A DNA stretch of 64,000 bases from an uncultured bacterium (GCA_963827235.1 CAWHAE010000008.1:96001-160000); one strand, 5' to 3'. Positions 1-9,444 are shown, counted from the stretch's first letter. The notes: generated by a model from the letters alone, not told the origin. A program made the numbers and translations.

Positions 1-1397
1 GCGTCGGCAAGAGAATCGGCGAGGCCAGCCACCCTATCGTCTTCGGGCAGCTCATCCTGATCGTCTTCCGCAACTTCCTCATCCTCACCGTCTGCAGCCT
101 CCGGCGCCGGTGCTGCCAGGTCGGTCTCGTCGGGCTGGAACATGTCAAGCAACGAGCGCGCCAGGGCTTCCGTTCCGTCGAGGTCTCCGCCCGGCGAGGT
201 CATGAACAGCGGCTCCTCGACCGTCCAGCCCGCGGCTGGCATGATCTGCTGCGGAGTCGAATCGACCTGACTGGCATCCGCCAGCGCGCTGGCGGCCGGC
301 TCCGGGCCGTCCTCCGCTGGGCCGAATACAGGTTTTGCGATCGCCTCGGCAGCCCCGACAATCGGCAGCGCCGGTTCCGGTGTCCCGGTGGCATTCGAGC
401 CGCGGCGTCGCGCCGGGCGAGCGCGACGCTGGCGGCCCGTCCGTACGGCTTCAACGGTCGACTCACCTCGCTCGGGTTCAGCGGCAGACTCGGCCACGAG
501 CTCGGCGTCGGCGGGAGCCTCGTGCGCGGCAGCCACTGCGGGCACCACAACCAGGTCTGCGCCGACGTCTATGGCCTGCGGCAACCGATCACCGGTGTCG
601 GCGCCGGAGTGCTCAGGTGCCTCGACAGCTCCGGAAGAAGCTGCCTTTCTCGAGCGAGTGCGCCTGCGAGCAGGCCTCTTCGCCACCGGCTCTGGAGACG
701 ACTGCGATGGAATCTCGGCTTCGGCGCTCGAGGGCAGGCCGGCCAACGCGTCGACCTCCCGCGCAGTGTCCGCTATGCCGGCTGCATCGGCTGGGCTCTC
801 CGCCGCAGCGGACATCTGTCGCTCGGCTGCAGGCTGGGCGGCTGCTGCGGAGAACTGGGCCGGTGCGGTCGTGGACATGCCGACCGTCCGTCCGGCCACT
901 TGGCGTTCTCCAGTGTCGCCGCGTGCCTTGCCCGTCGTCGTTCTGGAGCGCCGCGTTCGCGAGCGGGCAGGGCGCTCGATGGAAGGTGGGGATACGGGCT
1001 CCAAGGTTACCGGATCGACGCCATCGAGCAATAGCGCTTGGGTCGCGATTTCGGCCGAGACCGCCGGCAGCGCCGACTCGGCGGCCGCTCGTGGATCAGC
1101 ATCTTCCGTCGCGGTCCGCGGAGTCTGAGTTTGGGCCAAATCTCTGCCATGCGGGAGAGCGGCCTGAGAAGCTCCGACCTCCTCGCCGGCAGGTCTAGTT
1201 GATTTGGATCGCTTGGGTGCGAACCGTCGTGGACGAGATGCCTCGAAACCGGGCTGCCCATCCAGAGCCGCCGACGGAATGCCGTCTGCCGCTACCTGGG
1301 TCGGAGTCTCACCTGATTCACCGGTGGGTCCGTCGGTCTGCGTGTTATCCGCGGCATGAGAACTGATCCCCGATGCCTCGTCTATAGGAGTGGACAT
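1..1397 (-). CDS. Partial gene (runs off the left edge): long disordered, acidic/Pro/Ala-rich N-terminal region with Arg-rich patches; product unknown
   Basis: ATG at 1397 preceded by AGGAGG. The frame is consistent at both ends (MSTPIDEASG...EAADGEDEEV). It is absent from the ORF track because the stop lies outside the window; the + ORF 388..1128 is its antisense shadow. Confidence 0.75.
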   Translation of the reverse strand, partial: MSTPIDEASGISSHAADNTQTDGPTGESGETPTQVAADGIPSAALDGQPGFEASRPRRFAPKRSKSTRPAGEEVGASQAALPHGRDLAQTQTPRTATEDADPRAAAESALPAVSAEIATQALLLDGVDPVTLEPVSPPSIERPARSRTRRSRTTTGKARGDTGERQVAGRTVGMSTTAPAQFSAAAAQPAAERQMSAAAESPADAAGIADTAREVDALAGLPSSAEAEIPSQSSPEPVAKRPARRRTRSRKAASSGAVEAPEHSGADTGDRLPQAIDVGADLVVVPAVAAAHEAPADAELVAESAAEPERGESTVEAVRTGRQRRARPARRRGSNATGTPEPALPIVGAAEAIAKPVFGPAEDGPEPAASALADASQVDSTPQQIMPAAGWTVEEPLFMTSPGGDLDGTEALARSLLDMFQPDETDLAAPAPEAADGEDEEVAEDDQDELPEDDRVAGLADSLAD

Positions 1398-1635
1398 ATG
1401 CCTCCTGATTGGAGTGTGTGTGGACGCGTGCTCGCGTCAAGGTGGAGGCACTGGCCGGATGGATGACGCCCTTGGCGACCGAAAGGCGGGCGAGCGCAGA
1501 AGCGCACGCGGCGTCCATGTATCGATTACAAGTACACCAGCAACGTAGCGAGCGAGAAGGGGCGCTCAGGCGGCGCAGCCACAAAGGCGGTAGCGCTACG
1601 TCGGGTCGGAAGCAGGATCGTCCAAAACGGCTCAT

Positions 1636-1656
1636 GTGCTATTGACAGTATAGCAC
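1636..1656 (-). promoter_or_regulatory. Extended -10 (TGcTATACT) inside the inverted repeat GTGCTAT-N7-ATAGCAC; putative promoter of the 1397 gene
   Basis: Plus strand reads gtgctattgacagtatagcac; the minus-strand TATACT occupies 1647-1652. Confidence 0.5.
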
Positions 1657-1670
1657 CACGACCAGGACGT

Positions 1671-1747
1671 TGGTGCCCCTAGACGGACTCGAACCGCCGA
1701 CGCAGCGCTTAGGACGCGCTCGCTCTGTCCATCTGAGCTATAGGGGC
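1671..1747 (-). tRNA. tRNA-Arg (anticodon CCT)
   Basis: Cloverleaf with acceptor GCCCCTA/TAGGGGC, D-arm GCTC/GAGC with A20, anticodon arm AGCGC-GTCCTAA-GCGCT, T-loop TTCGAGT and encoded CCA. Confidence 0.95.
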
Positions 1748-1757
1748 GTGCCTTCAC

Positions 1758-1810
1758 ATTCTATGCTCGGGCATGCACTGTTGGCAAGCGACGTCCGAGA
1801 ACGCTATAAT
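1758..1810. promoter_or_regulatory. Back-to-back sigma70-type promoters for the two tRNAs
   Basis: Plus strand: TTGGCA 1781-1786 and TATAAT 1805-1810. Minus strand: TTGCCA 1782-1787 and TAGAAT 1758-1763. Confidence 0.6.
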
Positions 1811-1823
1811 TCAGAGGCTAATT

Positions 1824-1900
<77 letters not shown>

Positions 1901-1903
1901 GGA

Positions 1904-1957
1904 GCACGGTGAGCACGGCCATGGCAGCTTTAGCTGCCATGGCCGTGCTCACCGTGC
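1904..1957. repeat. Perfect 26-bp inverted repeat (hairpin), possible bidirectional terminator
   Basis: gcacggtgagcacggccatggcagct-tt-agctgccatggccgtgctcaccgtgc, between convergent tRNA-Pro and the 992-aa gene. Confidence 0.85.
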
Positions 1958-2024
1958 ACTGTAGCTACCGCGCACTGGCGGCTGGAAGACCGATACCGGT
2001 TCACGCCACGCGTGACCAGAGCGG

Positions 2025-5003
2025 TCAGATCTGCCGGTCGCCGGGCAGGGCCCACCAATCCAAAGTGATCCATGGCAGGCCCTCCGCAAGACCAATCTGC
2101 CGCGGTCCTGGGCCAGACGACTTTCGCACCATTGCCGAGCCTGAGCCTGCCGAGCCGGCACAGTTGGTACTTGCAGGGCAGATCCCGCCTACCGTGGCTC
2201 TGGCCACGTGGTGTAATACGTCGCCGGAAGTCTGTTGCCTGGGCGCAGGTGTGGCCGGCTGACCACCGCCGGCCGCCGCAGCGGCGGTAGCCACGGCAGC
2301 GTTGGCCACCGCTTGCTCCGTTGCCGCGACCTCAGCGGTAGCGGTGGCGCCTGCCCCGGCGGCGGCCGTCGACCTGGCCACTGCCGTCGCGGCGGCGGAC
2401 TTCGCGGCAGCGACGGCCACAGCCGTCGCCGATGCTGCCTTCGAGGCGGCCGCGGCAGTTGCCTTCGCCGCGGCTGCCGCCTGGGCTGCCTCCGTCGCCG
2501 CGGTCGCGCTCGAGTGGGCACTTGCAAGGGCCGTCGATCTGGCGACAGCCGTTCCCGCGGCGGATTGCGCTACCGCTGTTGCGGCTGCTGACTTTGCGTC
2601 CGCTGTGGCAGCTGCGGCAACCGCGGTCGCCGAAGCGGCAGCCGACCTTGCTGCGTTGATCGCCGCGGCCTGCGCCGTGGCAGTGCCTGCCGCCGCGGTT
2701 GCCGCGGAACCAGCCGCTGCCGTGGCGGAGGCCGACTTCGCGGCATATGCGGCGTCCGCGGTGGCGGCCGACCTGGCTGCTGCCGTCGCCGCGGCATAGT
2801 CCTTTGCCGCGAGAGCAGTCGCCGTGGCAGCGTGGGCGCCTGCCACGGCGGTAGCCGCGGCTGCAGCCGCGCCTGCCTTAGCCGTCGCCGTGGCCGCCGA
2901 ATCCTCTGCCGCCGTAGCGACGGCGGCATGCGCGGTCGCCGAAGCGGCAGCGGCAGCAGACTTCGCAGCAGCCGTGGCGGCGACCGACGCAGCGCCAGCC
3001 TTTGCGGTAGCTGCCGCTGCCGCTCTGGCCGCGGCCGTAGCCTGTCGTGAAGCCGTGGCGGCGGCGTCTGCCGCCACGAGCGCCGTAGCCTTGGACGACG
3101 ACTGTGCGTGCGCCGTCTGCGTCTCGGCTGCACTCACCGTGGCGCGGGCCCGAAGGCGTGCCCCGGCTGCGGCAGTCTTCGCCGCCGCCGCTTGAGCCAG
3201 TGCTGCCTTTGCCTGGGCATCTGCGGTCTGACGGGCCGTGGCTGCGACCGCCGTCTGGCGCGCGCTTTGCTCGCTGGCTGCAGTCGCCGTTCCTTTGACC
3301 AGGGCAGCGGCAGTATCCGAAGCCTGCGCTCCCGCCGTAGCGGCGGCCGCGGCTGCGGCTGTGTTGGTCGCGTTGGCCATGGCCGCTCCGCTCGAGCCAC
3401 CGCCGCCGGTGTGCCCGGCCGAGGAGCCACCGGCGTGTGACACCGTGGAGCCTCCCGCGGCCGCGGTCTGCTGCGCCGGGGGCAGCGCTGCAACGGCCGT
3501 TTGCGTGTCGACCGCTTCTATGTGAGAGACGTAGGCGACATGCGTGGCCGTTTGCCCAGCCACCAAAGCCTGCGCCGTAGCAGTCTTCATGGTGACGGCG
3601 GTTTCGGCGGTTGCAGTCTCATGGATAGCGCCCTGCACGGCAGTAGCTACCTTGGTTGCGTTGGTCGCTGCTACGGCAGTGCCCGTCGCATCCTGCTCGC
3701 GCTTGGTTGGCGTGGGAGTCACCGGCGTGCGAGACGCGAGCGCGGTGGCAGTTGCGCGCGCCTTCGCGGTGCCTGTGGCGACCCGACGAGCTTCCCTGGT
3801 CACCTTCGCAGCTGCGGTAGCCGTGGACATGCGTGCCGCGTGCGTGGCTGCCGCGTACGCCAAAGCCGTGGTAGTGGCGCGGGCCGCCACGGTGGCGTGT
3901 GTGTGCGCCGCCGCCGTGGCAAGAGCATGGGCCCGAGCCACGTCACGCTGATGCAGAAGAGTAGCGTGCGTTGCCTTGGCGTGAGCGACTGCGGTTGCGG
4001 TGCTTGCTGCCACGGCCGTGGCAGTGTTGTTCGTCTCGGCGTTAGCAGTGGCCACTATCACAGCTGTAGCCGTCGAGTTAGCATAGATGTCGGCCTGGTC
4101 TGCCACGTTCAGCCGCGCGGACAGACGGCTCTGATACATGGCGAGCCGGTCATCATTCGCGCTTGACATCACTGCAGTGCCTGTCGCTTCTGCCACCGCG
4201 AGCGCCTTGGACGCGTCGTCATGAAACGGCCAGTCGCCGACCGCGCTGTTGAATTTGCCGATGGCCCCGGCATAATCACCTGAGGCCTGGAGCTGCTTGG
4301 CCGAGCGTATGTCGGAGTCGTACGTGTTGTGGCGGATGTACGCTACCCCGGCGACCATGACGAACAGTGCAATGGTGATCACCCAGGCGATATTGCGCGG
4401 AGTCCGCGAACGCGACTGGCGCCGGGTATGCCTTGCGTGCCACTGACTCGGCTCGCCGCCCACCATCATGGGGCGCACCCTCAGCTTGCCGGAGGTATCG
4501 GATTCCTCGTCGCCGTCGGGCACCGCGCCCGTGGCGGACTTCAGCAGCCGCTCGAGCGGTTGCAGGTCCGGCGGCGTCGGCGATGCCGGCACCGCAGGCT
4601 GCGGTGAGACGCCCGGACCCAGGTGGGAGGTCGACCTTGGTCGAGGCAGCGGTGTGGGATCTCGCGTGACCGGGGCAGATCTCAGGTGGCCGCTGGTAGG
4701 CATTCTGCTAGGTATCGTGCGCGGATCCGGGCCGGGAGGGGAGACTAGGCGGCCCGCGGCGCCCAATATACCGTGCGCCGGCATGCCGCTCGAGTCCTCG
4801 GGGACGAAGTCTGGTGAGCCCGGCGCGCCGGCCTTCGCGGGCGAGCTGGTCGAGTAGAGGTATGCGTCCGACGGCTCAACTGGTTCGTGAGCCTCCGATC
4901 TCTCGCTCCCGGGTGGGCGGCTAAGTGCTCTGCCGCACCTGAGGCAGTACTTATCTTCTGGGCCGTAATCGAGTGCGCATCTCAGACAGCGCATCTCTGA
5001 CAC
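2025..5003 (-). CDS. Membrane protein: N-terminal zinc ribbon, Pro-rich linker, one TM helix, TPR-like helices and a long Ala/Thr-rich repeat region
   Basis: CLRC...CLRCG at the N-terminus; TM IAWVITIALFVMVAGVAYI; helical segment AKQLQASGDYAGAIGKF; ATATA repeats; GGGAGA upstream of the GTG. Confidence 0.85.
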   Translation of the reverse strand: MSEMRCLRCALDYGPEDKYCLRCGRALSRPPGSERSEAHEPVEPSDAYLYSTSSPAKAGAPGSPDFVPEDSSGMPAHGILGAAGRLVSPPGPDPRTIPSRMPTSGHLRSAPVTRDPTPLPRPRSTSHLGPGVSPQPAVPASPTPPDLQPLERLLKSATGAVPDGDEESDTSGKLRVRPMMVGGEPSQWHARHTRRQSRSRTPRNIAWVITIALFVMVAGVAYIRHNTYDSDIRSAKQLQASGDYAGAIGKFNSAVGDWPFHDDASKALAVAEATGTAVMSSANDDRLAMYQSRLSARLNVADQADIYANSTATAVIVATANAETNNTATAVAASTATAVAHAKATHATLLHQRDVARAHALATAAAHTHATVAARATTTALAYAAATHAARMSTATAAAKVTREARRVATGTAKARATATALASRTPVTPTPTKREQDATGTAVAATNATKVATAVQGAIHETATAETAVTMKTATAQALVAGQTATHVAYVSHIEAVDTQTAVAALPPAQQTAAAGGSTVSHAGGSSAGHTGGGGSSGAAMANATNTAAAAAAATAGAQASDTAAALVKGTATAASEQSARQTAVAATARQTADAQAKAALAQAAAAKTAAAGARLRARATVSAAETQTAHAQSSSKATALVAADAAATASRQATAAARAAAAATAKAGAASVAATAAAKSAAAAASATAHAAVATAAEDSAATATAKAGAAAAAATAVAGAHAATATALAAKDYAAATAAARSAATADAAYAAKSASATAAAGSAATAAAGTATAQAAAINAARSAAASATAVAAAATADAKSAAATAVAQSAAGTAVARSTALASAHSSATAATEAAQAAAAAKATAAAASKAASATAVAVAAAKSAAATAVARSTAAAGAGATATAEVAATEQAVANAAVATAAAAAGGGQPATPAPRQQTSGDVLHHVARATVGGICPASTNCAGSAGSGSAMVRKSSGPGPRQIGLAEGLPWITLDWWALPGDRQI

Positions 5004-5115
5004 TCTCCCGCACTAATCCGGCGGCCGTCCAAGCTCGCCCGACCGGATCGGCATCGCCCCACCACAGTGCTTGAATGCGCGGCCGGTCCTGCCGGCAGTT
5101 GCGTGCCGTGCCCTC

Positions 5116-5826
5116 TCATCGCCGGCGCCTGCCGGGCCAAAATCCCGAGACGATGAGCGGCGTCATCAGTGGCGGCAGCGCGCTCTGCCTGGCGTTGCCT
5201 GCACTGCTGGCAAGCCAGCCGTCAATGCTCGAAGCCGCTTGGATCGCGCCGTTTGTGGCAGCGTCTATCGTCGTCGAGTCGCCGCCCTCGTAGTAGCCCG
5301 TTACATCCGCTATCACGTTCTGAACGCGGAACACGATCTCCACGGCGACGAAGTGCGTGAGCTCCGGGCCGAATTCACCGGTCGAATCGACAAACACCTC
5401 AGCGTCAGTCGGCAGCCTGCCCTGGGCGGTTGGCGTCTGCACGCCAAGGGCCAGACCGAGGATATAGCCCGTGTCCACCTCCGCGCCATTCGCCGTCTTG
5501 AAGCCGTAGAAGTCGTAGGTGACGAAGGCTTTGTAGGTCAGGTCGGTCGCGTTCAGCCAGCCGTGGTAACCGGTGACCCAGCCATCACGCTGGAAGAGCG
5601 ACGATACGTGTTTACCCAGGGTCGGCAGTAGCGACTGCCGGGTGATCGCGCCGCTGTGGCTGCTATCAATTGTGTATCCGGCCGGCACGGCGGTAGCCGG
5701 TATGGCGAGGCTGCCCGGACCGTCAACGTGCACCAGCGTGTTGCTCGCCCGCGCCGGAAGCACCGCAAGCGCCAGAAGACCGAGAGCCAGGACGACGACG
5801 ATAGACCTGCCACCTAACCTGCGCAT
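5116..5826 (-). CDS. Secreted hypothetical protein
   Basis: Signal peptide MRRLGGRSIVVVLALGLLALAVLPARA; start overlaps the upstream stop (TGATG); GAGGAG RBS. Confidence 0.8.
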   Translation of the reverse strand: MRRLGGRSIVVVLALGLLALAVLPARASNTLVHVDGPGSLAIPATAVPAGYTIDSSHSGAITRQSLLPTLGKHVSSLFQRDGWVTGYHGWLNATDLTYKAFVTYDFYGFKTANGAEVDTGYILGLALGVQTPTAQGRLPTDAEVFVDSTGEFGPELTHFVAVEIVFRVQNVIADVTGYYEGGDSTTIDAATNGAIQAASSIDGWLASSAGNARQSALPPLMTPLIVSGFWPGRRRR

Positions 5827-6455
5827 CAGGTACTCTCTCCTCGTCGCTCAACAAAGACTTGATCCAGCCGCAGCCGGGCCGGTCTGCCTCGCTCGACATA
5901 CCACACGTCCTGCCTCTGCAAGGGTATGCCAGGCTGCCCGAGTCCGTGCCCTGCTTCCAGAAGCGATCGGGCCTCTCCGAAGGTTCTTGCCAGGAGCTGC
6001 TCGCCGCTGCCCTTGTCCACGAAGCGAATGGCCTGTTGGTCGGGTTCGCCCGCCGGATCGAGCAACACTTCTTCGCGCTGCAACGACAGGAAGCGGAACG
6101 AGTACAGCGCCGCTCCGGCGTCGATACCGTCGCGCCCAAGGATGGCATCCATCGTGGTGGTACTTCGGCGCCTAGCGCCGCCGGCGATCGCGGCGCCACC
6201 CGGTTGACCGGCGCCGGCACCCAGGCGCCGCTGCAGCTCGACCTGGATGGCGCGCAGACCCCGCCGCTGTGTCTCCAAATGCGCGCGCGCTTCGCCAAAC
6301 GCTGCTTCGGCTGCCTTCACAGCCTCCTGCCGCTCACTAAGGGCACGCACGAGCATCGCATCGGTCAGGCCGGCCAGATCGACGTTCGGCGATTCATTTG
6401 TCGGCTCGAACTGCTCGTTCGTCAGCGGTGCCCTTCCCTCGACACTGTGTGGCAT
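5826..6455 (-). CDS. Hypothetical protein with an N-terminal coiled coil
   Basis: Protein-like ORF coupled to the downstream gene; start uncertain (6455, up to 6500). Confidence 0.7.
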   Translation of the reverse strand: MPHSVEGRAPLTNEQFEPTNESPNVDLAGLTDAMLVRALSERQEAVKAAEAAFGEARAHLETQRRGLRAIQVELQRRLGAGAGQPGGAAIAGGARRRSTTTMDAILGRDGIDAGAALYSFRFLSLQREEVLLDPAGEPDQQAIRFVDKGSGEQLLARTFGEARSLLEAGHGLGQPGIPLQRQDVWYVERGRPARLRLDQVFVERRGEST

Positions 6456-6595
6456 GGTGCTATCGTTACGCACCATACAATGGAGTTGCTCGCATGACAA
6501 GTCCCACTATGGTATGGTTGCGTGCCTACGCAGGAAACGAGCCCATCCACAGCGATCACCTTGACAGCTCGGTCCGCGTCCACGCGGAGCCGCCG

Positions 6596-7981
6596 TCAGC
6601 GCCGCTGATACTTCTTCGGCAGCTTGAGGGTGGCTACGCACTCGATGTGGGCGGTCTGAGGAAAGAGATCGAAAGGCACGATGCTTTCCAGTACGAAACC
6701 TTGGTCGAGGAGTTGGCGCAGGTCACGTGCCAGCGTCGACGGGTCGCAGGATACGTAGACGAGGCGCGGAATCCTGATCCGGGCCAGCTGACTGAGCACC
6801 AGCTTGGAGCAACCGCTGCGCGGGGGATCGAGCACGGCACAGTCGATCGTGCCGGGCAGTAGCGAGCGCAGGCCCAGCCCGGCATCGCCCTGGAGCACCG
6901 TGACGTTGTCCATTCCCGCTCTCGAGAGTGAGTCGCGGAGGTCTGCCACGGCGAGTGGTTCCAGCTCCAGAGCAATAACGGCACGGGACCTTGTGGCCGC
7001 CGGCGCCGTGAATGTCCCGGCGCCGCAGTACACGTCGAGCGCGACGCGCTTATCGAGCGAGCCTATCTGTTCCAGGATGTAGGTGGCCATCAACTCCGCG
7101 ACAGCCAGGTTGACCTGGAAAAACGTGCTTGGCGAGAGGCTGAGGTCCGCGTCGAGGAAGGCCGCGCGCACGCGCGGCGCACCCGCTAGGTGAACGTACT
7201 CAGATGCAGAGTCGACCGTCGTTCCCGAGACGGCGACCACGCTCGGGCACGCGTCAATCAGTGCTTGCGCCACATTCCTGGCCGAGTCCTCTGAAACGCC
7301 CTCCTCAAACGTCAGAGCCATGCTCCCCGCATCTCCGCCGCCGACGGCTGGGAGCGACCGCGCCTCGACGGATCGCAATAGACCTGAGAGTCGCAGGTCC
7401 GTCGATACCGCGCGAATGCGGTCGAAGATATCGCGTAGGGACGGGCTGAGTAGAAGGCACTGATCGACCGGCACCAACCGGTGGCTCCGCGCCTCGTGGT
7501 AGGCAAGCTCTCCGGTGGGTCCAATTATCCAGGCCGCCTTGTTGCGGTAGGCCGAGGTGGACGGTGAAGCCGTCACCGCTGCAACCGGTGCATCCAGGAT
7601 CTTGCCTACTCGCCGCATCTGCTCGCGCACGATCTGAGCCTTGATCTCGAGCTGCCCGGCGTAGGTGATGTGCTGATACTGGCATCCGCCACAGACCGGC
7701 CCGGCCACGGCGGCCTCCACCAGGATGCTGCCACGTGTACGACCGTTCTCGCCGAAATATGGGCACGGCGGCACGGTGCGCGCGGGCGCCGCTTGGACTA
7801 CTGAATACGCTTCACCCTCGAGGTAGCCGCGCTTTGCCACCAGCTGCCCGTGTTCGACCGTCTCGCCAGGCATGCCGCCCTGAATGAACACGGCCTGACC
7901 TGAGCGACGCGCCAGCATCTGCCCACCCTGGATTGGGGCAATCAGCGCCAGCTCGGTCTCTTGCCGTGAGTTCTCGGTCAT
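6596..7981 (-). CDS. rlmD: 23S rRNA m5U methyltransferase, RlmD/TrmA family
   Basis: TRAM-like N-terminus, CPYF...CGGCQYQH Fe-S motif, FFQVN, DVYCGAG, DPPRSG, YVSCDPSTLARD, FPQTAHIE; start trimmed to MTENSRQ. Confidence 0.92.
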   Translation of the reverse strand: MTENSRQETELALIAPIQGGQMLARRSGQAVFIQGGMPGETVEHGQLVAKRGYLEGEAYSVVQAAPARTVPPCPYFGENGRTRGSILVEAAVAGPVCGGCQYQHITYAGQLEIKAQIVREQMRRVGKILDAPVAAVTASPSTSAYRNKAAWIIGPTGELAYHEARSHRLVPVDQCLLLSPSLRDIFDRIRAVSTDLRLSGLLRSVEARSLPAVGGGDAGSMALTFEEGVSEDSARNVAQALIDACPSVVAVSGTTVDSASEYVHLAGAPRVRAAFLDADLSLSPSTFFQVNLAVAELMATYILEQIGSLDKRVALDVYCGAGTFTAPAATRSRAVIALELEPLAVADLRDSLSRAGMDNVTVLQGDAGLGLRSLLPGTIDCAVLDPPRSGCSKLVLSQLARIRIPRLVYVSCDPSTLARDLRQLLDQGFVLESIVPFDLFPQTAHIECVATLKLPKKYQRR

Positions 7982-7998
7982 GATCGGCGCCTCGCGCC

Positions 7999-9444
7999 TC
8001 AGCTTTCCTGCCGCTCGATCAGCTCGCGAAGGAGATCGCCTACCAGGGCGGGGTTGGCGCTGCGCATGTCCTTCATGACCGCGCCGACCACGCGACCGAG
8101 GGCTTGCGTCTTGCCGCGTTTGTAGTCTGCTACTGCGAGCGGATTGGCAGCTATGGCCCTGAGCGCAATTGGCTCGAGAGTGGCGCGATCGCTGACCTGC
8201 TGGAGACCCATGGAGCTGACCAGGGCCGCGATGTCCTCTCCGGTGCGGAAATAGCGATCGAATACGGTCTTCGCCGCGGTCGAGCTCAGCCCGCCGGACT
8301 CCACCATACCGATAAGCGCCGCCAATCCGTTGGGCTTGACCGTGGTCTGCTCCTCTGCCTCGATTCCGCACTCGTTGAGCAGCCGCTGGAACTCGCCGAG
8401 AATCCACTTTGCCGCTTCTCGCTTACCGGCGGGTAGCAGAGCGGCAGCGTCCTCAAACAGATCCGCAGTAGCCCGCGACGTGGTGAGCTGCAGCGCGTCG
8501 GCCTCCGGAAGGTCGTACTGTCTTGCCAGACGAGCGGCCCGCTCGGCAGCCATCTCGGGCAGAGTGGCCCGTATCTCCTCGACATACGCGGAAGCGAGCA
8601 CGAGAGGGGGCAGGTCCGGTTCAGGGAAGTACCGGTAGTCGTGCGAGTCCTCTTTGCTGCGCTGCGGCACGGTCTCGCGAGTAGCCTCAACCCATCCGCG
8701 AGTCTCTTGCGTGACCCTGCCGCCGCCTTCAAGAACATTGACCTGGCGAGCGATCTCGTAGTCGATAGCCAGCTTCACGGCGCGGAAGCTGTTCATGTTC
8801 TTCACCTCCGTCTTGACGCCGAGAGTCGTGCTTCCCGCTCGTCGCACGGACACGTTGGCGTCGCAGCGGAGGCAGCCCTTCGACATGTCACCGTTGTTCA
8901 CGCCGAGGTAGAGCAGCACGCTGCGCACCTGCATGAAATAGCGGCGCGCCTCTTCGGCGCTGCGCATGTCGGGCTCACTCACGATCTCCATGAGCGGTAT
9001 GCCACAGCGATTGAAGTCGACCAGACTGAACCCCTCGCCCGGGTGGGCGGACTTGCCGGTATCCTCTTCGAGATGCACGCGAGTTATGCCTATGCGCCGC
9101 GTCTCTCCGTCTTCTCCCTGGATATCCAGGTATCCGTTCCGCGATAGAGGCAGGTCGAACTGCGAGATCTGATAGCCTTTCGGCAAATCAGGATAAAAGT
9201 AGTTCTTGCGATCGAACTTGCTGAATTCAGGGATACTGCAGTGCAGCGCGAGCGCGGTCATCACCGTGTAGCGAATTGCCGCGCGGTTGGCGACCGGCAA
9301 CACGCCGGGCATCCCTGCGCACACCTGGCACACGTGAGTGTTGGGCGCCGTGTCGGCATACGCCGTGCTGCAACTGCAGAACATCTTGCTCTTGGTGAGC
9401 AATTGTCCGTGAATCTCGAGCCCGATGACGGCCTCCCAAGCCAT
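7999..9444 (-). CDS. gatB: Asp/Glu-tRNA amidotransferase subunit B
   Basis: IGLEIH, RKNYFYPDLPKGYQISQ, HLEED, YRYFPEPDL. Confidence 0.98.
   Translation of the reverse strand: MAWEAVIGLEIHGQLLTKSKMFCSCSTAYADTAPNTHVCQVCAGMPGVLPVANRAAIRYTVMTALALHCSIPEFSKFDRKNYFYPDLPKGYQISQFDLPLSRNGYLDIQGEDGETRRIGITRVHLEEDTGKSAHPGEGFSLVDFNRCGIPLMEIVSEPDMRSAEEARRYFMQVRSVLLYLGVNNGDMSKGCLRCDANVSVRRAGSTTLGVKTEVKNMNSFRAVKLAIDYEIARQVNVLEGGGRVTQETRGWVEATRETVPQRSKEDSHDYRYFPEPDLPPLVLASAYVEEIRATLPEMAAERAARLARQYDLPEADALQLTTSRATADLFEDAAALLPAGKREAAKWILGEFQRLLNECGIEAEEQTTVKPNGLAALIGMVESGGLSSTAAKTVFDRYFRTGEDIAALVSSMGLQQVSDRATLEPIALRAIAANPLAVADYKRGKTQALGRVVGAVMKDMRSANPALVGDLLRELIERQES

Noticed and set aside
335-1198. Long overlapping or antisense ORFs such as 335..1198, 14617..15957 and 30667..31722
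   Set aside because: These are shadow frames of real genes in high-GC DNA with no motifs
2240-4100. Ala/Thr region as a DNA tandem repeat or VNTR
   Set aside because: Codons vary freely, so the repeat exists at protein level only
6596-8407. N-terminally extended track ORFs (603-aa RlmD, and similarly 442-aa cyclodeaminase, 672-aa VanW, 567-aa IMPDH/GMPR) as fusions
   Set aside because: The extensions overlap upstream genes in another frame and are Arg-rich noise; internal starts fit the families
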